Assembly (NCBI GenBank): GCA_000091205.1
Contig: AP006494.2
Strand: one strand, 5' to 3'
Source of the DNA: Cyanidioschyzon merolae
Taxonomy: Eukaryota
DNA length: 64,000 bases
The stretch's first letter is position 1, and each line of letters starts with the position of its first letter. Positions 46,705 to 57,879 of the stretch are shown here, piece after piece. The notes under the pieces are model-generated. The model was not told the DNA's origin, did no database searches, and saw only the letters and a program-made list of their open reading frames with translations. Both the position numbers and the translations under genes were made by a program.

Positions 46705-49085
46705 CTTCTTACCTGGGGGCATGAAGAAGTGTGTTCTATTTCAAAAATAAACAAGCCAATGGAAAGCTATCGACATGCAGGTCGGGGATCCTGGAGGGCC
46801 ATCTTCGCCGGGTTCGGCGAAGAAAACGGAAAACAATACCGATCCCAGGGGAACAAGAGAAGGCGAAGAAGCACAAGCAGGAAGCCAGGCGTCAAAAGCA
46901 ACTAGAAAGACGACAACACCGCGAGATTTGAGTGAAAGCTTGTCTTCTGAGACATACCAAGGATTCGTACAAGCAAAATTCACAAGAGGCTGTCAGAATC
47001 CTTGTCGCGTCGTACTCCAGGAGGGAACATTAGGCTTCTTTAGGACTCATGCATTTGCTGAAGGAGATGTACGACAACGTGCCGCATATGGAAACAGTCG
47101 ATATTCCAGAGGAATTTTTCAACAAGACCTTTATTCGTCACCTGACGCTTGGCACAGGGGAAGCGCCGAGGAGAAATGAACTGGTGCATGCCCTCCATGA
47201 AAATCATTCCGAGTACCGCTTCAACGGTGTTCGATGCAAGGGTGACTAGGGTATGTACACCTACGAAGCGATGAAGTACCTCACGAATCTGAAGAACAGT
47301 ACGACCATGAACCTCCAACGTTTCATGATACGCGCCATCTCTGCGCTGTACCAGGGCCTCTCTCGCAGAGGGATACGGGCCATCATCGACGGCATCACGA
47401 ACGATAGTACGAGTGAACAGGAGACCGAATTCGTCAAAGAGAAGACATCACGCAGGGGAAAGAATGAAGCTTTTGTGATCGGTGCAGCTATTCAAGAGCA
47501 TCGTGAAGTCTTGGGGCTTGTCAACCCAGCAGAAATGGTATCAGATGTGAAAAAAGATGAGGAATGATGCTCTCCCCTCAACCTGTGCTATTTCGTATTC
47601 CTGAACCGAGAACTCGAACGCAAGGCGGAGACGGAGCAAAGTGAAAAAAAAGAAGAGACAGACAGACAGACGGACAGACGGAAGGCTGTGCTGCTGGAGA
47701 AGCGCTTCAACGTCGATCCGTTGTCCAACATCAAGTCATATTTTGTGACAATCGACTCCAAAATCCTTTACGGCATCATGAGGAAGATCAGTCCAGAGTT
47801 CAATGTTAGCAGGGAGGAGTTTACCGGCGAAAACCGGGAGACGTATTGGAAGAACATCTTCAATTTCAAACGTCTCAAAGTCAGCAAACAAAAGGTATTC
47901 ACTGGTGTGATCGAAACCGATGGAGTATCCATATATATGTGTACACTATCGGCGCTTGAAGACAGATCGTCCAGTTCCGTCCCCGGCTGCACCCGTCACG
48001 AAGGATGAAGAAAAGGAGGAGGCTGGTGCTGCGACGCAGGAAGTACAGGATAACGACTTTACGGTTGACGCGACGAAGCATGAAGAAAACAAAGGAGCGG
48101 ATCCTGCGATGCAGAAAGTCCAGGATAACGACTTTGTCGTTGGCGCGGACCCTGGGAATACGAATATCATAGCCATCGCTGCTCCCAAGCGTGCGGAAGA
48201 TGGCGCTGACGGTAACTTGCGTCAGAAAGACATGCGTCTGTTGAGATTCTCGAGAGCGTGATACGATCGAGAATCCGGTATAATGAATGCGAGGAAGAAA
48301 ATCGAGACGTGGAACGCAGGAGTGAAAGAGCACCTGGAAGCTTTGAGCGAGGTGACGAGCCGCGGAGCGGACTTTGAAGCTTTTCGGGAGTTCATGGAAT
48401 TTCGCATTGCGCATCGGGATGCGCTGTGGGAGGAGCATACCAAGCCCCGGTGGGCTCGTCTGCGAATGAATCTATACGGTGGGAGGCAGCGCGCGTTCGC
48501 GAATTTTCGCAATCAGTTGAGCGCCTTGCAGGAGAATGAAATTCAGAGGCTCGTAGTAGCGTACGGAGCAGGGCGCTGGAAGACACAAAAAGGGTGTACA
48601 CCAGCTCCAACGACGAGGGTGCACAAGGAGTGCACAAGGCGTTTTGTTACGATACCTGTAGATGAGTTCCGAACGACGTTTACACACCATGAACTGGGGT
48701 GTACACTTCAAAGGGTCGAGATGGAAAGGCGCTAGAGGAGCCCTGAAGATATAGCAAAGCACGGACCGCAGACGGAAGAGGAAATGGAAAGGATGGCGAA
48801 AGTTCGAGGGCTACTCGCATTGGTTAGCACAACCATTGATGGCAAGAAACGTATGGAGTTTTTGAATCGAGACTTTATCGCCGCGATCAATATAAGGAAA
48901 TGTGCGGTGCTGGAGACGAGACCTCCAGAGCTGACAAGAGGGAACTTTGTTGGACAATCACTTAAAGTCGAACCATATGAGAAAAAGGTGGAAGCAGTAG
49001 TCGATGGCCGGTCCAAAAAAACTGCGAGGCGTCTGCACGTTAGTTGGCGACGCCTTGTATAGGGCGGGCTTCTCGCCACTACTAT
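46705..49085 (+). mobile_element. Copy B of the TnpB/Fanzor-like element (plus orientation); 5' ~1 kb divergent, 3' ~1.3 kb near-identical to copies A/C
   Basis: Homology to copies A/C from the leader (caaaaataaacaag...atgcaggtcggggatcctgg) through the shared 3' tail ...gggcttctcgccactact; lacks the ~60-bp TATA-containing leader segment present in A/C. Confidence 0.6.
46775..49062 (+). pseudogene. TnpB/Fanzor-like nuclease gene, copy B, disrupted (AGA>TGA nonsense at ~47565; extra stop between segments 47049..47249 and 47253..47567; shares the conserved in-frame TGA and TAG)
   Basis: ORF segments 46775..47179, 47049..47249, 47253..47567, 47688..48008, 47920..48261, 48283..48735, 48784..49062 collinear with copy A/C segments. 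Copy B is in-frame where A/C carry the 1-nt deletion. Confidence 0.6.
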
Positions 49086-49157
49086 ACACCGCTGCCGTCG
49101 TTCGACTTAGAACGGCTTTTGGTATTGGCGGTGGTACAGCGGCCTTGCCTCGTGTTT

Positions 49158-50084
49158 ATGGCAACGAGCGTTTCGGAAAGCGAGTTGCAACTGCTTCCGC
49201 ACTGGCTTTCGTGTATCCATGCGAAGCGGTCAACCTGGACGTGTTCCCAAGACTATGCGCGGTTCGTTCGGCTCTTGCGGGATATCTCCTTGGAGCTCTA
49301 TGTGGCGCGCAACCAGCCCAACGTGCTCGTTCAACTCGCACGTTACGGTTCAGCGTGCACACGGGTTGTGAACGATCTTATCACGGTCTGGAGTGTTCCG
49401 CTTCTACACGAGAGCGTTTCCAGGGCGGTGATTCGGTTTCTAGTGGTTTGTCAGACCGGCAGCGGACCAGAGCAAGTCAAGAGGCGGGCTCTGGCCTGGG
49501 CGCGACACCTGCTGCGACTCGCTGTCTCTCCAGCGATCAACGCAACCTTTATCGATGAGGGCTTAGGTTCAGCTCGAGTTGTGGATGAACTTTGCACTGT
49601 TATCGGGGCCATGGGTTGCCAGGCGCGCATACCAGCTGAACTTGGCGTTCTGATTCCATCGCTCATTCAGGGTGCATGCTGTGCAGACCTTGTTGCTGCT
49701 CTCGTGCCGACGATTGCGGCAATGCTCGAGTCGCAAGCGACCAGTCCCGCATGGCGTCATGCCGTTCGCTGCGCATTCACCTGGGAAGATGCGGAAACGA
49801 AGTACTGTGCTTTTCGCGACGGGTTGTCGGCGACTCTGCAAAATATGCTCCTCGCGGCAGACGCGCAGCTCTTGTGCCAGTGCCTCCAGTCCCCGGAGGC
49901 ACTACTCAAAACACCGCTGGATCATCTCAGCGAGCGATTCGATCACATTCGCCTCTTCTTGCGTTTACAACATGGAGCGGATCCGGATACCAAGGCATCT
50001 GCTGACGACGTCAATACAGTCTCGACGCAGAACCAGAGCGGACCGGATCTCGCAACGACGCCTCGAGCAGGAACGATGACCTGA
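49158..50084 (+). CDS. Hypothetical protein of unknown function (start reassigned to first ATG downstream of the element end)
   Basis: ORF-track ORF 49044..50084 starts with a TTG inside the mobile-element tail; coding-like composition continues for ~310 aa after ATG 49158. No recognisable domain. Confidence 0.3.
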   Translation: MATSVSESELQLLPHWLSCIHAKRSTWTCSQDYARFVRLLRDISLELYVARNQPNVLVQLARYGSACTRVVNDLITVWSVPLLHESVSRAVIRFLVVCQTGSGPEQVKRRALAWARHLLRLAVSPAINATFIDEGLGSARVVDELCTVIGAMGCQARIPAELGVLIPSLIQGACCADLVAALVPTIAAMLESQATSPAWRHAVRCAFTWEDAETKYCAFRDGLSATLQNMLLAADAQLLCQCLQSPEALLKTPLDHLSERFDHIRLFLRLQHGADPDTKASADDVNTVSTQNQSGPDLATTPRAGTMT

Positions 50085-50594
50085 GGCGTATTCGCATTTT
50101 GGTGCTGGTGATGCGGTGCAGCAACGTGATCCATCGGTTGCACGAAGGAGCACTCGCTGGTATTTTCGACGAAATGCGACGAATTTGCGGTCAGCGCGCA
50201 GGCATCTCGGGTCGAGCACCCAGTCTGATGTGCGAGCGATCGCAGCCTCCGAGCCATTCCTGCACTGAACCAGATCCAATTTACATTTTGCAAATCTCCG
50301 AGGGATTCGAACGGCCTTGGCGGGCGGGCCCGGAATGCTTCATCGTGGGACTGCGGCAGAGTGCAGGTGTTCCACACGCCGGACTGTTCACGTCGCCCAT
50401 GGATGCCCGCCAGGAGGCATGGGCGAGCAGCTCGTCTCTAACTGCTGGCGCTCCTGCATGCGGACGCTATACGCACCCACACATACAGAGGGAAAGAGAG
50501 AGACTGCCACCGGTTTCGTTTCGTATGAAGCTACGCCCATTCATGAAACTGATAGGCGCGCGAACGGGTTCGAATACGTGGCGCGCGGGATGCG

Positions 50595-51026
50595 TCATTC
50601 TACTGGATTCGCGATATACGGTTTCATCAGTTTCATGAAGTGGATATCGAATAGCTTGCATCGAATAGGCATGTCCTGTACATAAAAAGGGTTTTTTAAC
50701 GCATAGTCGGCGTAGAGGAGATGAAGTCGCCGCAAAATTCCCAGTAAGATTTCATCCGTGACTTCCGGGGTTGCAATCGCCACGAACTGTATACCCGTTA
50801 GCGGCTGATAAAGCCGCAGACGAAACGTTTTCGCTTCTAACGATGTTAGTCCAATATCGTCTAAAATATCAACTGGTGAAACCTGTCGTGAGATCTGCTG
50901 AACGCTGTGCAGTGTCGAGGCCAGTCGAAGGCACTCGTTCAAAGGATGCACCTGTGAGCCTTGAAACTGGGCGCTGTAGATTAAGCCTCCGGACCTGTTT
51001 ATGATAAACACGGTGTAAATCGGCAT
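50595..51026 (-). CDS. TRAPPC1: TRAPP complex subunit 1 (Bet5)
   Basis: 143-aa ORF collinear with TRAPPC1/Bet5: IYTVFIINRSGGLIYSAQF (IYNLYIFNRDGTCLYY-like), KTFRLRLYQPLTGIQFV, LYADYALKNPFY. Confidence 0.75.
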   Translation of the reverse strand: MPIYTVFIINRSGGLIYSAQFQGSQVHPLNECLRLASTLHSVQQISRQVSPVDILDDIGLTSLEAKTFRLRLYQPLTGIQFVAIATPEVTDEILLGILRRLHLLYADYALKNPFYVQDMPIRCKLFDIHFMKLMKPYIANPVE

Positions 51027-52379
51027 ATCAGTATCCAGTCGGCACAGTGACTGTGCCTCTTCACCAGTGACGGGCTCTTGACGAAAACCGAAGCACCAGG
51101 TACAGTGCTCGACCGCGCCGCTGCAGCACGCAGCGGGCCAACACTGTCAGAGAGTTTCGACGTTGACGTTCGCGCCGAGGCTCGCCAGCGCGCATGATGC
51201 ACGCTCGTCATCTGTTCATTCGTGTTTTGTATGTTTATTCATGAACATATGAAGGCAGTATCTGGTCCAGACGCGCATGGCCTACCCATGTCCGATCGAG
51301 GTCGCGAAACCTTGTTCAATGAATGAGATCGAGTGGACGAAGCCTTTAAAGCCCCAGATGCGTCGATGCTGACAGCTAGCTGGGCAGAGGCCGTCGTTCA
51401 CCTACAGATGCTTCTCCGCTCGATAAGCGAGCGATCAGTCCTCCCGTCAGACTCAGAAAATAGAGGCAGCCACTGTTGGGGTACAACGCGAACCGTGAGC
51501 TCCGTTCCGCAACGCTGGATGCACTGCCGCCGCTGACGCCATGCGGCAGGAGAACGGCTCTTCGTTGCGTTTAGAGGCGGCGCCTGAAGAGTTCGCGGTA
51601 TCTGCGTAGCGCACCGATCAAGCAGGGATCCCTTGCGTAGATCCACAGAATACAGATGTTTGATGGTGTCGGAACGGTGGATCTTAGCCAGTGCCGCCCG
51701 GAGATGTGAAGAAGGTACCTGCTCGGAGAGCGCTTCCACGATGTACTGCAGTCAGATGGATGCCTGGAATGCAAGGTTCGGAAAAATGATCGGTTTTATG
51801 AACGCAACAAAGACTCGCCAATATGAAAAATGCAATTGACTACGAATTTTCCGGTGATTTCGTGAACGCGTCCGTGTGGAATACATCCTATTCATGCTCG
51901 AGTTTGGGATGCAAACAGCAGCGGTTGGTGCATATCCAGAACGTCCACCAAGGGAATCCATCTGATCTTCCTCACTTACAGGATATACATACGGCCAGCG
52001 ATGAGGTCCATCGGATTCATACGTCTGGCTGCTTTCATCTATGCGGTGTAGACACGCTGGACAATGAAGCTTCTACTCCAAGGTGTCGCTTATGAGCCCT
52101 AGAGCCACTGCAACGAAGCTGCTCTTGTCCGGACTTGCAACCCAGCGCAACCCAATGGTCAGCGTCCACTAGAATCCGACACAGCAGCCCGTTACCCGCA
52201 GACATCAGAATGGAAGCGTCTCGCTGCAGGACGATGGGCATGCGCCGCAGTCTTGCCAATGAGCCGGATCAATCGCCGCATCCGTAGAACAAAGAACAGA
52301 GACCAACTACCAACTAGCAACGAGATAACGATTTCTTTCGCCATCTACGATAAACGTTAAAATGAGGAAAAGTTTCCTC

Positions 52380-52860
52380 GTTGGCGAAAGTTTACCTTAC
52401 AGGCGGAAGGTCCCGCGAGCTGAACGAGTGTGCCCGGCGAGTGCTTCATGCGACTCTACAGAGGCAGATGCCAAAGTAAGATATGAGCAGCAGCTCATCG
52501 TAACGCAATGCTTTCTGGGAATAGGAGCAGGACGCTGCGTCTGGGCGTCGCCCTTGTCGCAGCGGACTCCTCGTATATCGCTTCGCAGTGCCGCAGACAG
52601 TACGTCTGTCTGCGCAGCTCGCAGGCTCCCAGAATGATCATGAATCCAGACCCGGTATCGGGTGAAGCATTCCTCGAGCCGAGGCCCTCAGTGGTATAGC
52701 AAAGCCGTTCGAGCTCCATGAACTATCTGCTCCAGCGGTTCAAGCGCAAAGGTGGATGATTAGGGTAGGTACGAGGCACACACGATAGGACGTATGAAAC
52801 GACCAAAATATCCGAGAAGAAGTATAGGTAATGTAAATTGGAGGTAGGTGCTTCATCACG
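52380..52860 (+). repeat. Dispersed repeat family R1 (copy 1); related copies at 60100..60420 (+) and 58340..58640 (-, partial)
   Basis: Shared blocks gtttaccttacaggcggaaggtcccgcg..., gggtgaagca..cctcgagccga.gccct, ctatctgctccagcggtt.aag...ggatgattagg.taggtac.aggcacacacgataggacgtatgaaacgacca.aatatccgagaa...gtataggtaatgtaa read directly in both places. Confidence 0.5.
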
Positions 52861-53068
52861 GACGCTTTCCAGAAAGCCGTTATCCTTTCCGAATTCTAGG
52901 ATCCATGGTCAATGGAAACGTCTTGTCAATAAAAAAATCGCGCTCAATGGGCGCACCCCGGAGATCGGGCAGTCAACTGACGCGATGCGCGTGCCGTTGT
53001 TGAAGGGAAACTCAATTGGGATCAGTAACGTGTTGTTCAGCTGTGAACGTCGGATATCGGTCCAGGCC

Positions 53069-55497
53069 ATAGCAAAGTACAGTCTTTCAGTTCGTTTTTG
53101 TTTCAAACTTCAAACAAGTCCAGTCAAGTGTTTTTTTGCAGTATATAACAGCAGGGTTCAAAGAGCGTTCTTGTTCAAAAAAAAAGAAAGCTATCAAAAT
53201 GCAAGTCCACGATGCTGGAGGCTCAGTGTCGCCGGCTGCTAGAAGAAAACAAAAAACAGTGCCGAGTCCAGAAGAAAATGAAGAGAAGGAGGACTGAAAG
53301 GGGAGGCTCTACGTCGAAGGCGGCAAGAAAGACAACTGTACGACGAGATGGTGGTGAAAGCTGGTCTTCCTAAACATATCAAGAATCCGTACAGGGAAAA
53401 GTTGCGAGACGCTATCGAAACACGTGTCGACTCGTACTCGAAGAGTATTGTCAATGCGTCGCTAGGACTGATGCATTTGGTGAGGGAGATGTACGAAGAC
53501 GTGACGCACATGGAAACGGTCGAGATTCCAGACGAGTTTTTCGACAAGACGTTTCTTAGTCGCCTGATGCTTGGTACAGAGGAAGCGCGGAGGGAAAATG
53601 AGCTAGTAGATGCCCTCCACGAAAAACATCCCTTTTACAGCTTCGAGGGTATTCGAATCAAGGGTGACTGGGGTATTTACAGCTATGGGGCGATGAAGTA
53701 CCTCACGAACCTGAGGAACCATTCGATAATGAATCTCGAACGATTCATGATACGCGCCGTGTCTGCGCTGTACCCTGGCATCTCTCGCAAGGGGATATGG
53801 TCGATTATCAATGGCATCACGAAGCATCGCAAGCGTGAACATGAGATCGAATCCGTCGACAAGAAGAAGTCGCGCAGGAGCACGAATGAAGCCTCTGTAA
53901 TCCGTGCGGTTATACAAGAACATCGTGCTGTACTGGGGCTGGCGAATCCAACAGACATGATATCAGAGCTGAAAAAGATCAGGAAAGATACTATCGCCTC
54001 ATCCTGCGCTATTTTGTGTTTCTGGACCGAGAACTCGAGTGCAAGGCAGAGGTGATGCTGAGTGAAGAGACAAATGGAGAGTGGGAGAGACGGAAGGCTG
54101 TCCTAATTGGTAAGCGCATCAGCGTGGTTCCAATGTGCAACATCACGTCACATTTCGTGACTATCGATTCCAGAATCCTTCGTGGCATCATGAGGGAGAT
54201 CAGTCCAGAGTTCAATGTTAGCAGGGAGGAGTTTACCGGCGAAAATCGGGAGACGTATTGGAAGAACATCTTCAATTTCAAACGTCTCAAAGTCAGCAAA
54301 CAAAAGGTATTCACTGGTGTGATCGAAACCGATGGAGTATCCATATATATGTGTACACTATCGGCGCTTGAAGACAGATCGTCCAGTTCCGTCCCCGGCT
54401 GCACCCGTCACGAAGGATGAAGAAAAGGAGGAGGCTGGTGCTGCGACGCAGGAAGTACAGGATAACGACTTTACGGTTGACGCGACGAAGCATGAAGAAA
54501 AGAAGGAGGCGGGTATTGAGACGCAGAAAGTCCAGGATAACGACTTTGTCGTTGGCGCGGACCCTGGGAATACGAATATCATAGCCATCGCTGCTCCCAA
54601 GCGTGCGGAAGATGGCGCTGACGGTAACTTGCGTCAGAAAGACATGCGTCTGTTGAGATTCTCGAGAGCGTGATACGATCGAGAATCCGGTATAATGAGT
54701 GCGAGGAAGAAAATCGAGACGTGGAACGCAGGAGTGAAAGAGCACCTGGAAGCTTTGAGCGAGGTGACGAGCCGCGGAGCGGACTTTGAAGCTTTTCGAA
54801 AATTCATGAAAGTTCGCATTGCGCATTGGGATGCGCTGTGGGAGGAGTATACCAAGCCCCGGTGGGCTCGTCTGCGAATGAACCTATACGGTGGGAGGCA
54901 GCGCGCGTTCGCGAATTTTCGCAATCAGTTGAGCGCCTTGCAGGAGAATGAAATTCAGAGGCTCGTAGTAGCGTACGGAGCAGGGCGCTGGAAGACACAA
55001 AAAGGGTGTATACCAGCTCCAACGACGAGGGTGCACAAGGAGTGCACAAGGCGTTTTGTTACGATACCTGTAGATGAGTTCCGAACGACGTTTACACACC
55101 ATGAACTGGGGTGTACACTTCAAAGGGTCGAGATGGAAAGGCGCTAGAGGAGCCCTGAAGATATAGCAAAGTACAGACCGCTGACGGAAGAGGAAATGGA
55201 AAGGATGGCGAAAGTTCGAGGGCTACTCGTATTGGTTAGCACAAGCATTGATGGCAAGAAACGTATGGAGTTTTTGAATCGAGACTTTATCGCCGCGATC
55301 AATATAAGGAAATGTGCGGTGCTGGAGACGAGACCTCCAGAGCTGACAAGAGGGAACTTTGTTGGACAATCACTTAAAGTCGAACCATATGAGAAAAAGG
55401 TGGAAGCAGTAGTCGATGGCCGGTCCAAAAAACTGCGAGGCGTTTGGACAACAGATGGAGACGTTTCGCCTGGGGCGCGTTCGCCGCCTCTACTGTA
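53069..55497 (+). mobile_element. Copy C of the TnpB/Fanzor-like element (plus orientation), with divergent 3' terminal ~90 bp
   Basis: Collinear with copy A over ~2.4 kb including the TATA-containing leader gcagtatataacag. Diverges from A/B after ctgcgaggcgt (55441) but keeps a related terminal ...cgccgcctctactgta. Confidence 0.65.
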
Positions 55498-55507
55498 CCG
55501 CTGGTGA
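53198..55507 (+). pseudogene. TnpB/Fanzor-like nuclease gene, copy C, disrupted (early stop after residue ~30 plus frameshift near 53290; 1-nt A-run deletion ~54000 shared with copy A; conserved in-frame TGA 54671 and TAG 55145)
   Basis: ORF segments 53348..54055, 54016..54420, 54332..54673, 54695..55147, 55196..55507. RuvC-I GADPGNTN at ~54554-54575; Cys/His Y/FTT segment 55043-55144; NRDFIAAINI at 55277-55306. Confidence 0.6.
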
Positions 55508-55632
55508 CACCAACGTTTTTCTTTTGAAAGACGTTCGTTGTCAGCGGTGTGCTCGCTGCGCTTTCGCAGCCGATTTTGTGACCCGAACGGCTTTATCGCC
55601 ACTGGGGTGCGGCACCGTGCCCGGTAGCGCTT

Positions 55633-57546
55633 GTGGGCACTGTTCGAAGCTGTCCGGTGTGTCCAGTGCGGCTTTTATTCTATGAGAATACGCGTACGCA
55701 TAGGAGAGTGATGGAAGGAGACCTGCACGCTGCTTCCCAGGAGGTATCTGTGACCGGGGCTAGACCTCCAACGTCGAGGCGCCAGCGCGCGCCTACAGCC
55801 TCTGAGCCCGGGTCCACGCCGCCGGAGCACCACACGGCGAGTCAGTCGAATGTGCGGGCGTATCGTGAGACACTCACGCCCTTGCCTTTGGGGCAACTCA
55901 ACAGTAGTAGCTTCCAACCGGGGTCTGGTATGGGCGCAGCCAAGCACGCTGCGAGTGCAGCAGGGTTTTCCGCTCCGAACGTCGGGCGCTCGCCGCATGG
56001 CGTCGGGACCGTGAACGGCACCATAGACCGCGGGCTCTACGCGGGAGCAACGCCGACGCTCAACATGTACGGAGGGGGTTATGTCGGCAGTGGCGGCATG
56101 CTGCTAAGTCCGACGCTGCTTGTAGCGGCGGCTGCGGCCGCGGCACGCTCCACGAGTTCAAGTCCACACCGTTCGATGGTGGACAGCTCGAGCCCCACGT
56201 TGATTCTTGCAGCGAACCATAAGAATAACATGAACAGGATCTCAACCGGGATATCCCCGCACACAAACGCGTACCACTTGGGGGCAAATATACCACCGCA
56301 ATCCGGTGATGGATCCGCCGTCGCCGGGAGTGCGCCCGTTCCAGAATCGTCGAACAGTACCCCGTTCTGGATCGATGACACCAACTTTGATGCAAACGGC
56401 TATATATACGCGAGCATGTCGAACCCGTATGGGTACGGCGGTGGCGACTCGGCCACAGTCCCAGGAGCTGGCCCGTATTCGGGCGTTTCGATTTCGCCTC
56501 TGCCCGGTTTCTCCATCGGATCCCCATATCGCTCCTTGGTGCCGGGCACGCCGCACGCGACGATGATGTGGCCGGCACAGCATCCTACGGGAACGTCTGT
56601 CATACAAACAAGTGCCGATCTCGAGAGGGATCCACGGGATACAGGCACCAAACAACGCATGGACCGGGGATTGTTACCACCGTGTCCATCCCCGGATCGG
56701 AAGCTCATATCAGCGTGGAACCGAGCTCAGCGGCGAGAGAAAATGGAACGCGAGCGAGCGCAGAAACGCTCTTTGGAGCAAATGAGAGCCCGCAAGGGTT
56801 CAGCCTCTTCAACCTCGCAGCGTGAGTATGAGCGCGTTTCGGATACGTCCCCGAAGACGGCGTGTGCCTTTCCAAGCGAGCCTTTCGAAGACTCGTCCGG
56901 AGACACCTGTGAGCAGCCTAGTGTACGAATCGCTTCGGAGCACAGTCGTGAAGATCACAGCTCCGCGGCGACCAGTTCAGCGATCCAGAGGCACCAGTCG
57001 AGCTGGGTGCCGAGTCAGCCCTCGATCCGTGCGGACCAAAGCAACAGTCATGAGACTAGCGGCAGGGCACCGAGTACGCGAGAGACACGGGCGCAGCGCA
57101 ATCGAGAAGCAGCAAGGCGCAGTCGGTTGAAAGTGAAGCGTCTCATAGCTGACCTGGAGGAACGAAATGCGGCGTACGCTCACCTCTTACGAGAACGCGA
57201 GAATGAGATCGAGCGATTACGTCGGGAAAACGCCACGTTACAGGAACAAGTGGCGCAGTGCACGGCGATCAGGGATGTGGCAGGAGAGGCATCCGCTGAG
57301 GCGCCTCCATCGATTCCGAAGCACGTTTTGGATCCGCCAGTCATCACAAGAGGTACGTCAAAAGCGACGACCAGGTCAGACGACTCGCCATCACGTTTAG
57401 TGTCGTCGGAGCATGAGCATCTCTCCGCACTAGCATCGGTTGCACGTGATGCACAGGGCGCGCCACCCGGCACCGTCAACCGATCAACATCGAGTGGTGA
57501 CGTTTCGGCATTCGCCCAACTGCAGGAGCCTGCGTCCGTGCTCTGA
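55633..57546 (+). CDS. bZIP transcription factor with long low-complexity (Ser/Pro/Gly-rich) N-terminal region; N-terminal boundary uncertain
   Basis: Basic region AQRNREAARRSRLKVKR followed by heptad Leu zipper LIADLEERNAAYAHLLRERENEIERLRRENATLQEQV. Confidence 0.6.
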   Translation: MGTVRSCPVCPVRLLFYENTRTHRRVMEGDLHAASQEVSVTGARPPTSRRQRAPTASEPGSTPPEHHTASQSNVRAYRETLTPLPLGQLNSSSFQPGSGMGAAKHAASAAGFSAPNVGRSPHGVGTVNGTIDRGLYAGATPTLNMYGGGYVGSGGMLLSPTLLVAAAAAAARSTSSSPHRSMVDSSSPTLILAANHKNNMNRISTGISPHTNAYHLGANIPPQSGDGSAVAGSAPVPESSNSTPFWIDDTNFDANGYIYASMSNPYGYGGGDSATVPGAGPYSGVSISPLPGFSIGSPYRSLVPGTPHATMMWPAQHPTGTSVIQTSADLERDPRDTGTKQRMDRGLLPPCPSPDRKLISAWNRAQRREKMERERAQKRSLEQMRARKGSASSTSQREYERVSDTSPKTACAFPSEPFEDSSGDTCEQPSVRIASEHSREDHSSAATSSAIQRHQSSWVPSQPSIRADQSNSHETSGRAPSTRETRAQRNREAARRSRLKVKRLIADLEERNAAYAHLLRERENEIERLRRENATLQEQVAQCTAIRDVAGEASAEAPPSIPKHVLDPPVITRGTSKATTRSDDSPSRLVSSEHEHLSALASVARDAQGAPPGTVNRSTSSGDVSAFAQLQEPASVL

Positions 57547-57879
57547 TCGCTGCAGCGCATGAATCCACAGTCGAGGTCTCGTGGCTCGCGGAGCGTGCCC
57601 TCGAAGCCGCGCACTGACGGCCGGGTCTGTCCCGTGACGCCCATCTGCGAGCGACGCAACAAGCGGACACATGTCGACGCGCAATAGCCGCAGATGCACC
57701 TGGCAATGATCCGGACACCGAATATCGCGCCCAAGCTGAACGCATCACCTGAAGCGAACTTGTTCGATGCGAAAGATGTAGCAGCCAGTTGTATGCCGGT
57801 GCTTGCGCATCCAACCATCCAGCCATCCAACCATCCAGCACAGATGCCCATTGCTGCGCTGCGATCGGCAATGCTAGGC

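Noticed and set aside
54290-54340. [14 protein letters not shown] as the RuvC-I motif
   Set aside because: It lies in a different frame from the downstream RuvC-III and Cys/His segments and is removed by the candidate intron. The in-frame FVVGADPGNTNIIA is a much better GxDxGxxN match.
47565-54673. Alternative genetic code in which TGA is a sense codon, which would make the in-frame TGAs in the element readable
   Set aside because: PSMA2 (stop at 35036-35038), CCT5 and other housekeeping genes terminate with TGA at the positions expected from homologs, so TGA is a normal stop in this genome.
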